Below, piece by piece: positions 30,000-40,513 of a stretch of 64,000 bases of DNA. The translations under genes were made by a program, and so were the position numbers. The stretch lies in the NCBI GenBank assembly GCA_043818055.1, contig JBDRGF010000159.1:1-64000 (forward strand), given 5' to 3'. Source of the stretch: Pseudomonadota bacterium (GTDB taxonomy: Bacteria; UBA10199; 2-02-FULL-44-16; JBDRGF01). Under the pieces are notes generated by a model, which saw only the letters and a program-made list of their open reading frames with translations, made no database searches and was not told where the DNA came from. Numbering within the stretch: the stretch's first letter is position 1; every line of letters begins with the position of its first letter.

Positions 30000-31219
30000 T
30001 TAAGCACCTTTACTGTTGGAACGTGGACAATCCATTTACCACCTGTTGATTTATAATCTTGTTCTTTAGCCATAATCTCTTCTGAATGGTTCCATGCAAA
30101 AAGAAAAGCATAATTCGGATATTTTGTCTTAAATTCCTGATAACTTTTTACTGGTATATGCATTCCAGGACTAAACCTACCCTGCTTAATTGGCGTTGTA
30201 TCACATATATATTCAATTAGTTCAGAACCTATCCCACAATAATTGAGAATTGTTGTACTCTTCGAAGTAGCGGCATATCCAACAACACGGTCCCCATCTC
30301 TTTTGAATTCGACCAAAAGTCTCTTCAACGACTCCTTTGACTGCTCACAATTTTTTCTAAACTTATCATATGTGTCCGGCAGATGTAACCCAAGGTCATG
30401 TTCTTTTTTTAGTTGTTCGCCTACTCTCTTGGAAATTGGCTTTGTACCCTTATGAGCTATAACATAACGCATGGAACCACCATGAGTCGACTGAGGCTCC
30501 ACATCAATAACCTCCATACCATGTTCATTAAAAACATAACTGATGGAAGAAACAGAAAAAAGAAAAACATGTTCATCATATATTTGGTCATAAGATGTCT
30601 TTTCAATAACATCACCAAGATATGGATCCTCGAACATCGCAACCCCATCATCTTTTAATAAAATGTTAATTCCCTCTGCTATAGAGTGGAAATAAGGTAT
30701 GTGACACATGACATTTGCGGCCAAATAGGCATCTGCTTTACCATATTTATCAACGATCTTCCTTGCCAATTTCTCATCGAAAAATTCTGATATCGTATTG
30801 ATACCACTATCCATAGCAACCTTAGCAACATTAGATGAAGGTTCAATTCCTAGATGCCGGATCTTTCGAGCCGCAAAGTTTTTGAGCATAATTCCATCAT
30901 TACTACCTACTTCAACAACAAACGGATCATTTGATTTTATGTAATCTTTAAGGGCATGATCGGCGAACTCAGCAAAATGGGCTATCATTCCTTTGGAAGT
31001 TTGGGAAAAGAAGGCATAGTTCTCATGAAACATCTTCTCACGATCAGGCTGATCAATAAGCTGTACCATTTTGCAGTGTGGACAAAAAGCGACCTTCATC
31101 TCAAAAAAATACTCTTCTGCAAATCTATCCTTCGTCAGAAAACCATTAGCTATGGGCATCTTTCCAAAATCTATAAACGGCTCGATGTGAGTATTACAAA
31201 TCAAACATTTTTTCATCAC
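29996..31219 (-). CDS. NDP-hexose C3-methyltransferase (TcaB9/EvaC-like)
   Basis: CLIC...CPHC zinc site; VEVGSNDG, YDQIYDEH, HGGSMRY and GYAATSKS. Confidence 0.88.
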   Translation of the reverse strand: MMKKCLICNTHIEPFIDFGKMPIANGFLTKDRFAEEYFFEMKVAFCPHCKMVQLIDQPDREKMFHENYAFFSQTSKGMIAHFAEFADHALKDYIKSNDPFVVEVGSNDGIMLKNFAARKIRHLGIEPSSNVAKVAMDSGINTISEFFDEKLARKIVDKYGKADAYLAANVMCHIPYFHSIAEGINILLKDDGVAMFEDPYLGDVIEKTSYDQIYDEHVFLFSVSSISYVFNEHGMEVIDVEPQSTHGGSMRYVIAHKGTKPISKRVGEQLKKEHDLGLHLPDTYDKFRKNCEQSKESLKRLLVEFKRDGDRVVGYAATSKSTTILNYCGIGSELIEYICDTTPIKQGRFSPGMHIPVKSYQEFKTKYPNYAFLFAWNHSEEIMAKEQDYKSTGGKWIVHVPTVKVLK

Positions 31220-31269
31220 GCATCTCCTTTTTTATAAAATATTATCTCAAGCAATTATTAAGCCGACTC

Positions 31270-32871
31270 CTACCGTTTTTCTAAAGAAAAATAACTAACC
31301 GACTTCTCATCCTTTGGGAAATCTCTCGGCAAATCAATATCTATTAAATTATACTTGTAAGCTTCGGCCCTTGGGTAAAAAGATGCCTTGGAAAACTGGA
31401 CCGTCCTGTTTGAATATACATATTTTCTAAACACACCACGTACAATAGGAGCTAAATCACCGCGAATATAAAAAATATTCGTCTTTCCTTTTACATTAAT
31501 ATCATTTTTGTCGATTATTTCTTTTAATGCATCCATGGCACCGCTGCTATATTGAATGTCATTATTTTGTTTTCCCCGTTCACCAAAAGAATTCAAGAGA
31601 GACATCGTATTTCCAAACAACGATCCATAAAACAAATAATGAGATGCAACAAAAGCTGTCGCGGTCATTCCGATCATAGAAACACTCATATAAACATGCC
31701 GTTTAACTGCGCTCTTGTCTGGCAAAATAGCAAAGACAAAAACCGGCAAAATAACAAACCAGGCTGAACCGTAATAGAATCTCCAAACAATTTGATAATG
31801 AGTTATAATAGCGGCGACTATGAATGTTAACGGGATAACGGGAACTAAAAAAAACAGTATCGACGAAATCAATTGTGACTTAAACAGATTTTGATTTATT
31901 ATTATGCTCCGTTTCTTTGAAATCCATAGCGTAAAAAGACCCGCTAAGAGTGAAAATATGGCAATCTCGCTAAAGGCCTTTGGAAATGCGTTGAGCTCCA
32001 TTACAAGCCTGCCTAAGCCTACACTTTTAACTTTATCGACATATAAAACATATGTGGCATAAAAATCAGTAAAAAGTGATGGTACAGGTATACTCTTTGT
32101 CAGGATAATAATTACAAAACAAATCGAAAGAAATGATATTGCAAACACAAAGGGCCAACGATAAGCGATAATAATATTATGTACATAGGACCTACAGAAG
32201 CAAACCATCACCATCAACGAAATTAAATAAAACAATGCTTCAGTAGGATGTATAATTAGAAGCAAAGGCAATATGAGAACGATCTGGGAAAGTGCAACTA
32301 TTTTTTGCCTTCTAATCGAACATTTATCGAACAATATGTGCATGGACAAAGCGGAAATATACCAATACAGCGGGATCGTTAAACCCTGATAGGTGATCGA
32401 ATACCATAAGATCCAAGCTCGTTGATCATACTCAGCACTACCATTTCCTATAAACCAGAGAATTATAGAAAATATGATAAGCATCTGCCGCTCGACATTT
32501 TTAATATTTGGCAGGGCTAATTTTACAAAAGTTGAACTGAAAAAAGCGATACAGACGTAAGATAATATTGATTGAGAAACATGGATGATCTTTGCCCATA
32601 CGAAAATGTCATTTATATGAATAAATTTAAAGAAATATCCCCATACAAGGTGCCAAAGATACATTGAACGACGCACATCTTCTGGCCAAAAGATGAAGCT
32701 TTTACCATTGTCATAAAAACTCGTAATCACCGTGAGGTGTTCCCACATGTCAAATGGTAATTTCAGGAATGGATGCGAAAATATAATAGCTGCGATCACC
32801 ATGACCGAGAATACAGCAATATACGAATTGTCTAAAATTTTATTCTTGATCGTCATAATATTCCAAAACAC
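31270..32871 (-). CDS. Polytopic membrane protein, possible GT-C-type transferase
   Basis: About 11-12 TMs; acidic first loop (PFDMWEH); soluble C-terminal tail. Confidence 0.5.
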   Translation of the reverse strand: MFWNIMTIKNKILDNSYIAVFSVMVIAAIIFSHPFLKLPFDMWEHLTVITSFYDNGKSFIFWPEDVRRSMYLWHLVWGYFFKFIHINDIFVWAKIIHVSQSILSYVCIAFFSSTFVKLALPNIKNVERQMLIIFSIILWFIGNGSAEYDQRAWILWYSITYQGLTIPLYWYISALSMHILFDKCSIRRQKIVALSQIVLILPLLLIIHPTEALFYLISLMVMVCFCRSYVHNIIIAYRWPFVFAISFLSICFVIIILTKSIPVPSLFTDFYATYVLYVDKVKSVGLGRLVMELNAFPKAFSEIAIFSLLAGLFTLWISKKRSIIINQNLFKSQLISSILFFLVPVIPLTFIVAAIITHYQIVWRFYYGSAWFVILPVFVFAILPDKSAVKRHVYMSVSMIGMTATAFVASHYLFYGSLFGNTMSLLNSFGERGKQNNDIQYSSGAMDALKEIIDKNDINVKGKTNIFYIRGDLAPIVRGVFRKYVYSNRTVQFSKASFYPRAEAYKYNLIDIDLPRDFPKDEKSVSYFSLEKR

Positions 32872-32883
32872 CTAAACAAATGT

Positions 32884-33519
32884 TTACTCACAAGAATTTC
32901 GCAGGCCAACCTTTTCAAACAATAACAGCCTGAACACATCCAGAAATATCTTCTCGTTTCGCACGATATTAAAACCATGCCCAGCAAAAATATTGATAAA
33001 ATCCATAATTCTATAATTATATTCGTAAACATTTTTATCGCCCACAAGCAGTTCGGACAAATATGCAAGCGTTTTGCCGATAAAAGAACCATGATTCGGC
33101 TGAATTAACAGCACGTAGCGTCGACTTATCCTTACCAAATGCTCTGCATACGGTTCAAAATTAAGGAAGTGTTCAAGCATGCCGTCGCTTGAAACAAGAT
33201 CGAACTGCCGATCCATCGCGTCCAAATTCATCAGTGTAGCATTCAGTCTTTTTTTTCTGCACACTGCCACCGCTTCCGGAGAAATATCTATGCCCTCACA
33301 TTCATAACCAGCATCGTGAAAAATACGCAAGGTATGGCCAAGCCCGCAGCCAACCTCCACCACTGTCCTGATCTGAATATCATCCAGCACCTTTTTCAGA
33401 ATGTGTTCTTTTGCGTTGAACATTTTTCGACCAAGGATGGTCAACCTCTCCTTTTCCTGACTCCCGTCCCATCTTTTATCCCACTCAACAGCAAGGTTCT
33501 TGTCTATGTCATTTGTCAT
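32884..33519 (-). CDS. Class I SAM-dependent methyltransferase
   Basis: VEVGCGLG, GIDIS and GMLEHF. Confidence 0.85.
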   Translation of the reverse strand: MTNDIDKNLAVEWDKRWDGSQEKERLTILGRKMFNAKEHILKKVLDDIQIRTVVEVGCGLGHTLRIFHDAGYECEGIDISPEAVAVCRKKRLNATLMNLDAMDRQFDLVSSDGMLEHFLNFEPYAEHLVRISRRYVLLIQPNHGSFIGKTLAYLSELLVGDKNVYEYNYRIMDFINIFAGHGFNIVRNEKIFLDVFRLLLFEKVGLRNSCE

Positions 33520-33551
33520 ATGTTTTTAAAAAATCTGCTGTAAGGTTTATC

Positions 33552-34544
33552 TCATTTCACTCTTGGGTTGAGAAGCCCATACATCTCTCCTAGAGCATAG
33601 CCAAAATGTTGCACTATATAAACAGATATAACATAAAAAACTACAGATAATTTCTTTTTTTTAAAGCACATAAAAAAAGATAATATCGTAATGGCCAAAA
33701 AATATAATAACGGCAGAAAAAACATTCTATTCTGAATAGAAAATAATGTGGAAAGCATGATCAATATAAAAATTATCGGCAAGACAAAACTTGGCTTCCA
33801 CATGGCCGGATACCGTTTCAAAAGACGAGCTCTCCCTTTTCCATAACGAAACATGTTTTTCAACCATCTTGTGGGGGTAGGCCGCATTTTGTGCCACACC
33901 ATGGATTCGGGGATAAAGACAAATTTATGACCTGACAAAGAAAGTCTATAATTAAGATCGGCGTCCTCTGCCTCGCTAAAAAGTGATTCGTCATAACATC
34001 CAGCCTCAACAATCTTATCTTTTCTATATAGAACATTGAGACTTGAAAGACTTGTAACGTACCTGTGTTCTGCAAAACATCTTCCTTGCACACTATTAAA
34101 GCTCCCGGCATACGAATCAAGTGCAACACCGATTGCATTCATAAACTTAGAAGAATATTCAGGAGGCTTATTTCCGCCTCCCACAGCCACAACCCGATGA
34201 TCCTTATTTGTCGCACGTTGATAATTATCGACAAGAATGGTCAACCAATTTGACAAGGCCTCGCAATCGGCATCGATAAGAGCTATATGGTCGTATCGCG
34301 AGGCCTTGATACCTGCGTTTCTACCCGCAGCAACTCCTTTTTTTGGTTCAATTATGAGAGTAACCTTCTTCCCTTGTCTCTTACAAAACTCTTCAACAAT
34401 AGCTCTAGTGCAATCATTGGAATTACCATCAACAACAATTATTTCATACTCACCAAGCCGATAATTCATATTCAGAAGCGACCTCAAACAGTCCCCTATA
34501 TTTTTTTCTTCGTTAACGCATGGAACTATTACCGACACGTTCAT
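33552..34544 (-). CDS. Glycosyltransferase family 2 with C-terminal TMs
   Basis: VSVIVPCVNEE, VVDGNSND, IDADC and AEDADL. Confidence 0.88.
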   Translation of the reverse strand: MNVSVIVPCVNEEKNIGDCLRSLLNMNYRLGEYEIIVVDGNSNDCTRAIVEEFCKRQGKKVTLIIEPKKGVAAGRNAGIKASRYDHIALIDADCEALSNWLTILVDNYQRATNKDHRVVAVGGGNKPPEYSSKFMNAIGVALDSYAGSFNSVQGRCFAEHRYVTSLSSLNVLYRKDKIVEAGCYDESLFSEAEDADLNYRLSLSGHKFVFIPESMVWHKMRPTPTRWLKNMFRYGKGRARLLKRYPAMWKPSFVLPIIFILIMLSTLFSIQNRMFFLPLLYFLAITILSFFMCFKKKKLSVVFYVISVYIVQHFGYALGEMYGLLNPRVK

Positions 34545-34546
34545 GA

Positions 34547-36034
34547 TTACTGTCCTCTTCCAAGTTGTCCCATAAAATATTTTGAGAAAAAAACCCTTGC
34601 GGATTTCAGACTCCTATAGCCTTCCGATGGGTCTTTAATGGCCTGTTTTAGCTTCATAAACATATATGCAAACCTTAAATGATATTTTTTTAAATAGTCA
34701 TCACAAAGAGATACCATCTCTTCTGATTTGAGACTAGCAGTATTAATCACACAATTGTGTAATCCATCGTTTGTCAACCATTGTGAAAAATCTTCTGTTT
34801 TGAGATATCCATGCTCCTTTGCCCATGAATATGCTTCTGTTCCGGGATAGACGTAGAGCGGATAAAACTGCATACTGTCGCAGTTTATCTTTTTGGAGAA
34901 CTCATAGCTCTTCATCAGAGTTGTCTTGGTATCTCCGGGATTGCCAACCATTATGCAACCATGTACCAGAACACCGGCCTTCCTCGCGCTGTCAGCAAAT
35001 TTATAATAAACTTCAACCCTCTCACCTTTGCACATCTTGTCAAGAATCTGTTGACATCCGCTCTCAAAACCAACTGTAACGAGACGACAACCCGCGCTCT
35101 TCATCAATTTCAAAAGATCATAATCAAGATCACCGCGCACATTGCAATACCACTTTATTTTTATTCCGCGGCCAATAATTAACTCACATATCTTTTTCAC
35201 CCTTTTACGATCTGCGCTGAAACAATCATCCTCTATACCGATCTCTTTTACATCTGGAAAGTTCCTGACAATATATTCAAATTCATCGACAACATTCTCC
35301 GGAGAACGCGTTCTGTAGGATCTTGCATGGAATACTTGCGGATAAACACAAAAAAAGCACTTAAACGGACAACCCCTGCCCGTAATTATCATCATCATGG
35401 GATAATTAGCTGCCGCAAAAAAATATTTACGGCAGTTAAGATGCTTTTTATATACCGATGAGACAAAGGGAATATTGTCAAGGTCCTTGATTTTCTCCCT
35501 TTCCTTATTGCGAACTATCACCCCGTCTTTTCTAAAGACCAAGCCGTCAACCTCACCAATGTCATTCTTGTTCATTATGACGCCTGCAAGGTCACGGATC
35601 GTGTAATCATATTCGCCGATGGCAACGGCATCGACCTTCGTGCTTAAGTTCACCGTCTGTTCGGGAAGTGCGGAGGGATGTGTCCCGACCATTACAATGA
35701 ACGAGGCAGGATATTGATCTTTGATGGTCCCTGCAATATGAACATCACTGAATATGCTCGGTGTGCTTGTATCGATAACCGCAATTTCAGGGACGAAACC
35801 GTCTAACGAGTTAAAGACCCCTTCGATATCAAGTCCAAGGGCCGGCGCATCTATCAGCCTGACGTTATGACCAGCCTGTTCGGCAACAGCCGTCGCATAG
35901 GCAAGCCACAAGGGGTAGTATAGCGTTCCCCCCTTACAAACCGCGGGGCTGCGCGAGGTCCGTGAAAACTGATCAAGAAACGGAGGATTGAGAAATAATA
36001 TGTTCATTGAATTGATTTGATGCGTTAGATCCAT
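34547..36034 (-). CDS. B12-binding radical SAM protein (HpnJ/BchE-like architecture); start may be 36007
   Basis: LFLNPPF, YPLWLAY, GRGCPFKCFFC and VGFESG. Confidence 0.88.
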   Translation of the reverse strand: MDLTHQINSMNILFLNPPFLDQFSRTSRSPAVCKGGTLYYPLWLAYATAVAEQAGHNVRLIDAPALGLDIEGVFNSLDGFVPEIAVIDTSTPSIFSDVHIAGTIKDQYPASFIVMVGTHPSALPEQTVNLSTKVDAVAIGEYDYTIRDLAGVIMNKNDIGEVDGLVFRKDGVIVRNKEREKIKDLDNIPFVSSVYKKHLNCRKYFFAAANYPMMMIITGRGCPFKCFFCVYPQVFHARSYRTRSPENVVDEFEYIVRNFPDVKEIGIEDDCFSADRKRVKKICELIIGRGIKIKWYCNVRGDLDYDLLKLMKSAGCRLVTVGFESGCQQILDKMCKGERVEVYYKFADSARKAGVLVHGCIMVGNPGDTKTTLMKSYEFSKKINCDSMQFYPLYVYPGTEAYSWAKEHGYLKTEDFSQWLTNDGLHNCVINTASLKSEEMVSLCDDYLKKYHLRFAYMFMKLKQAIKDPSEGYRSLKSARVFFSKYFMGQLGRGQ

Positions 36035-36681
36035 CCCTTGAACCAGAAATAAACGATGGATAGATATTCCCTGATAATTTCCGGCATGAATCTAATCCTA
36101 TTGGGAATGTGATATATCTCCTTTTCATAACAAGACACCGGTGCAGGATATGCTTCAATTCCCATTTTCTTACAGATCAGGAGACTTCTGAACATGTGAT
36201 ATGAAGATGTGACCAACAATGATTTTTTTAAACCTAAGGAATCCAATATCGGCAGTGAATTGGCAAGATTCTCATAGGTATTTTGTGAACGCTCTTCAGT
36301 GATAATATCATCTCCATTTACGCCCATTTTCACCATAAGATCTTTTATTGTGACCGATATCGGCGGATCTCCTTTTTTCAGCACACCTCCACAAATAATT
36401 ATCTTCTTGGCATACCCTTCTTTATATAGAGATACTGCCTGCAACATCCTTTGAAACGAGTTCTGTTCGGGTATGTTTTTAGTAAAATATCCCGACGAAA
36501 GAAGAATGATCGAATCGGCTTGTTTTATCTCGGGTATAACCTCTAAATACGAATATAATCGATTGACAAGTGGCGTGAACACAAGAATGCATACAAGAAA
36601 ATTCATGAGCAAAGATAAGAAAAAAACCGATCTATAGATTTTCTGTTTCGCTGTCATTAAAACTTTCGGGGTATCTGTCAT
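36025..36681 (-). CDS. YdcF/DUF218 (ElyC/SanA-like) envelope protein
   Basis: EERSQNTYEN and LVTSSYHMFRS; N-terminal TM. Confidence 0.85.
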   Translation of the reverse strand: MTDTPKVLMTAKQKIYRSVFFLSLLMNFLVCILVFTPLVNRLYSYLEVIPEIKQADSIILLSSGYFTKNIPEQNSFQRMLQAVSLYKEGYAKKIIICGGVLKKGDPPISVTIKDLMVKMGVNGDDIITEERSQNTYENLANSLPILDSLGLKKSLLVTSSYHMFRSLLICKKMGIEAYPAPVSCYEKEIYHIPNRIRFMPEIIREYLSIVYFWFKGWI

Positions 36682-36701
36682 CTGGGATAGCTCGTTTCGT
36701 G

Positions 36702-37292
36702 TTATCTTATTATGTATTCTACTCTGCCGACGATCATGTCATTGATACAATGAAGAAGCAAATTATGAATGATCTCAACATAACCATAGGCCTTGGAGTT
36801 GATCCAAAAATTTATTGAACCCAATGCACTCAAAGGATTTTTTTGATCGAACCCTGAAAATGTGATCACGGTCATATTTTTTTTCAATGCCTCTTCACAG
36901 GCGTTCAAAATGTTCTTAGACGAGCCACTACTGCTGATAGCTATCAAAACATCACCCTTACAACCGTAGTGTTCAACGCCCTTTTGAAACATCCTTTCAT
37001 ATCCATAATCATTAGCATATGCCGTCATCATCGGAGACCCGCTGATCGTCATAGCCCTTAAACCAGCATTTTTCGTCAAATCGACAGACATGTGTTCAGC
37101 TATTGCCGCCGAAGCGCCATTTCCTATCAATATTATCTTAGCCCCCCTATTCTTCGTGGCAATAAGACACTTTGTGGCATCAATCAACTTAGCCTTGTTG
37201 TTCTTTTTTCCGATATGGGCTTCAACAATACTGTTAAAGTCACAAAAAAACTCATCCAAAAAACTATTATAAAACTCGTTCGTCTCATTCAT
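36702..37292 (-). CDS. gmhA: SIS-domain phosphoheptose isomerase
   Basis: IGNGASAAIAEH, ANDYGYE, AISSSGSSKNIL and YGYVEIIH. Confidence 0.82.
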   Translation of the reverse strand: MNETNEFYNSFLDEFFCDFNSIVEAHIGKKNNKAKLIDATKCLIATKNRGAKIILIGNGASAAIAEHMSVDLTKNAGLRAMTISGSPMMTAYANDYGYERMFQKGVEHYGCKGDVLIAISSSGSSKNILNACEEALKKNMTVITFSGFDQKNPLSALGSINFWINSKAYGYVEIIHNLLLHCINDMIVGRVEYIIR

Positions 37293-37328
37293 ATATTAAA
37301 ACACCTATGGAGGAATCGTTAAATAATG

Positions 37329-38630
37329 TCACTGACAATTGCCATGAAGCTCTGGATACAAGGTTTTATTGTTATTTTTCTCATATTCAGCCAAAATCTG
37401 TCTGAATTCGGGAATGGTCATACTTCCTTTCTTCTCAAGTGCAGGATAATAAAAATTCATAAAATCCGGATCATCTGCCAAAAAGCAGGCGTGATATCCT
37501 CCAAATGGAGTTTCTTTCAGACCTCTTTCCCGTGCAACAGACAGTGGCTCCTTCATAACATTTCCCATGTAAACATGCATGTTAGCACAATTCATGACAT
37601 CACCGTAGGGGGTCATATTTATCATTTCTTTCGTCCCGGGACATCCGAACTGCTTCCCGTAATTGAAGTTCAGATGCCTGGTAACCCAGTTGTATGGTTT
37701 TATAATTTTCTCGTAATTTTTGACATCTTCCTTGTCGAGCATAACCTCCTTGTTATGGAAATTGCCTACTCCTTTGGCAAATAGTGTGCACAGAAGCACC
37801 TGTTCCCGTTCCGCAAGCTCCAACAACTCCCTGAAACCATCTGTATAGAGATTACCTTTGTGAACGCAGCAATTAATAACAACTTTAATACCATATTTTT
37901 TACTCAACCTGATATTTTCAACAACCTTTTCAAAGCTCCCAGCCTTTTTTCTGAAGGCATTATGAATTTCAGGATAACCGCTGTCGAGACTATAATTGAT
38001 CGTATCAACACCCAACTCGTAAGCTCTTTTGATCTTTGCTTCGTCAACAAGATAACCATTGGTGGTAATAATAATATGATTCTTCATCGGTTGCCATGCC
38101 CTGATAAACTCCTCCCAGTTTTTTACAACAAAAGGCTCTCCGCCTTCCATGCCAAACGTAGTGGCACCAAGCTTCATCGCCTCTTTCACAACTCTCGCAT
38201 AATCGGAAGGTTTCATCTCCTGTCTCTTCCCCGACTCATCAATCCTTGCACAAAGACAATGATTGCAACTAAAGTTACATCTAAAGCTAACTGCAAACTC
38301 TATCCCTCTTAGAATATATTTTTTCATTCCCAGGTAGTGATAAACTTTCCCTCGGATCTCATTCCAAATAATCCTGAAGGGATAGAATGGCTTTCTCCAA
38401 TGGATCCCATATTTAAAACGAATGCGCCATAACGTAAGGAATTTTTTAATTGGATTGTATTGCCGTGTAATTATTACCCGTTTGCGTTTTGTCTGTTCTT
38501 CGGCTTCTTTCAATTTTTTCATTATACGTCTGGACTCTTCCTGTGTTTTGGCAATCAGCTTAACATCGTCTTCAAGCGTACTAAATACCGACACCTTGTT
38601 TTGTGACGCAAATACACTACTCTCAAGCAT
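37329..38630 (-). CDS. Radical SAM protein with twitch/SPASM-like C-terminus
   Basis: CNFSCNHC, GGEPF and GCPG...GDVMNC. Confidence 0.85.
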   Translation of the reverse strand: MLESSVFASQNKVSVFSTLEDDVKLIAKTQEESRRIMKKLKEAEEQTKRKRVIITRQYNPIKKFLTLWRIRFKYGIHWRKPFYPFRIIWNEIRGKVYHYLGMKKYILRGIEFAVSFRCNFSCNHCLCARIDESGKRQEMKPSDYARVVKEAMKLGATTFGMEGGEPFVVKNWEEFIRAWQPMKNHIIITTNGYLVDEAKIKRAYELGVDTINYSLDSGYPEIHNAFRKKAGSFEKVVENIRLSKKYGIKVVINCCVHKGNLYTDGFRELLELAEREQVLLCTLFAKGVGNFHNKEVMLDKEDVKNYEKIIKPYNWVTRHLNFNYGKQFGCPGTKEMINMTPYGDVMNCANMHVYMGNVMKEPLSVARERGLKETPFGGYHACFLADDPDFMNFYYPALEKKGSMTIPEFRQILAEYEKNNNKTLYPELHGNCQ

Positions 38631-38704
38631 AAAATCGCTCCTTTTTGATCTGTAATTATAGTTTTATACTTAACCGAACACCAAGGAATTCTTCTCTCAA
38701 ATTA

Positions 38705-39700
38705 TCATAACAAACCCTCTTTTCTAAGATTTTCAACTGTTTTGCTAATCGACTTTCTCCAATTGGTAATAGCGTACCCCAACTCTTTTATGGCCAATTC
38801 CGAAGAATAAAAAAGATTCTGCCGAATCATCTCTCCTACTATTTTAGTAATCGGTGTTTCTTTCTTCAGCAAATTAAAGATCAACTCAGCACCATACCCA
38901 AGCCAGGGCAGTATAAATCTCGGCAGTGGAATTTTAGGCGAAATTCCTCCGGTGGCATAGGCTATATCGCTAAAATATTCTTTAAAAGATATATTATCCC
39001 CACCTAAGATATATTTTTTTCCAGTAATACCCTTTTCATAGCATAGGAAAAGACCTCTTACTAAGTCATCTATATCTGTAAGGCAGACCCCGCCTGAAGG
39101 ATATATTTTCATCTTACCTTGAGCAATAGCCTTAAAATTATCTAACTGAGTTCTCTTGATACCGTGCGATCCTATCACATTTCCGGGACAAACGATGATC
39201 GAGTCTAACCCCAAGCCAACCTCTCTAAGGACGGCCTGTTCTCCCAGATATTTTGTATAAGCGTAGGGATCTCTGTAGTTGTTAAAAACAAATTTTTCAT
39301 CGGCCACTTCTCCATGTTCAGGGACACCTACAGCCGACACCGAACTGATATGGATCAGACGCAATCCTCCTTTTTCTCTGGTCATTCTCGCAACATTGCT
39401 GGCAACTGCAATGTTAATGATCTCCCTTAAACGTTGATCTCTTTTCAATGAAGAGCCACACGCGGCAAAATTATAAACAGCAACACACCCCTCCATGGCT
39501 TTAGCCAGCGCCATATTGTCAGTTAAATCTCCTTCAAAAGGAGTAAAAGAAAAACCGGTTAGGTTCTTCATTGAAGATGATTTCCGATGGAAGACAACAA
39601 CCTCTACATCCTTTTCCTGTAAATATCTGACTAAATTACTGCCAATAAATCCTGTCCCACCTATAAGTAGAATCCTATTATTATTTGTTTTTCTACCCAT
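38705..39700 (-). CDS. NAD-dependent epimerase/dehydratase (dihydroflavonol-reductase/HpnA-like)
   Basis: IGGTGFIGS and YAYTK. Confidence 0.82.
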   Translation of the reverse strand: MGRKTNNNRILLIGGTGFIGSNLVRYLQEKDVEVVVFHRKSSSMKNLTGFSFTPFEGDLTDNMALAKAMEGCVAVYNFAACGSSLKRDQRLREIINIAVASNVARMTREKGGLRLIHISSVSAVGVPEHGEVADEKFVFNNYRDPYAYTKYLGEQAVLREVGLGLDSIIVCPGNVIGSHGIKRTQLDNFKAIAQGKMKIYPSGGVCLTDIDDLVRGLFLCYEKGITGKKYILGGDNISFKEYFSDIAYATGGISPKIPLPRFILPWLGYGAELIFNLLKKETPITKIVGEMIRQNLFYSSELAIKELGYAITNWRKSISKTVENLRKEGLL

Positions 39701-39708
39701 ATATATAT

Positions 39709-40488
39709 CTATCCCTTTATGCCTTTAATTATCATAATGGGTCTCCGCATAAAATCTGGGTTATCCATTCCAATCAAACTATCATCTTCTCTAAAAAGCT
39801 TTCTTCTATTTAGAAAGATAAATGGTTTAATTACCAAAGATACAAACACTTTATAACACCACAGAATTAATGGTTGCTTCTTTTCTAATTTGAAGGATAT
39901 GTTTTCAGAATATCTATTTTCCTCAGGTTCCGGTTTATAACCAAAAAATGTCTGCAATTTAATGATAAACATTCTTAATTGCACCAAAGATGGAATTGCT
40001 CTAATTAGTTTATATTCCTTTATTTTCAGATTTTTTTTAACAGCCGTAATTATAAATTCTTTAGTTATTCGGCATCCATTTCCCGGGCCTAGAGGAACTA
40101 AAAGCAATAGCTCTCCATTTTTGGTCAGTAAATTGGCAAAGTTTTCTATTGCGGTTTCCGGATGCTCTATATGTTCAAGTGCAGAAAGATTAATTATTTT
40201 TGTAAAGGATAATTTGGACAATCTCTTGGAATGTTCTCCAATACTGAGGTTGCCAAGGTGAGTATGAAGAAAAACCAGATTATTCAAGTTATATATCTCT
40301 TCATTTCTTTTTATTCTTAAAATATCCCAATCAACACCGACCACATTAGCAACTTTCTTAGCAACCTGTGAGCCAATATAACCATCCCCACATCCCGCAT
40401 CCATTATAATGTCATCTTTCTTGAATTCTATAAAATTGGGCAGAATTTTTAGTTTCCACAATACATCTAAATGATATTTTGATAACAT
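39709..40488 (-). CDS. Class I SAM-dependent methyltransferase
   Basis: MDAGCGDG and ALEHI. Confidence 0.8.
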   Translation of the reverse strand: MLSKYHLDVLWKLKILPNFIEFKKDDIIMDAGCGDGYIGSQVAKKVANVVGVDWDILRIKRNEEIYNLNNLVFLHTHLGNLSIGEHSKRLSKLSFTKIINLSALEHIEHPETAIENFANLLTKNGELLLLVPLGPGNGCRITKEFIITAVKKNLKIKEYKLIRAIPSLVQLRMFIIKLQTFFGYKPEPEENRYSENISFKLEKKQPLILWCYKVFVSLVIKPFIFLNRRKLFREDDSLIGMDNPDFMRRPIMIIKGIKG

Positions 40489-40513
40489 TTATCACCTCCA
40501 ATAGCTCACAAGA

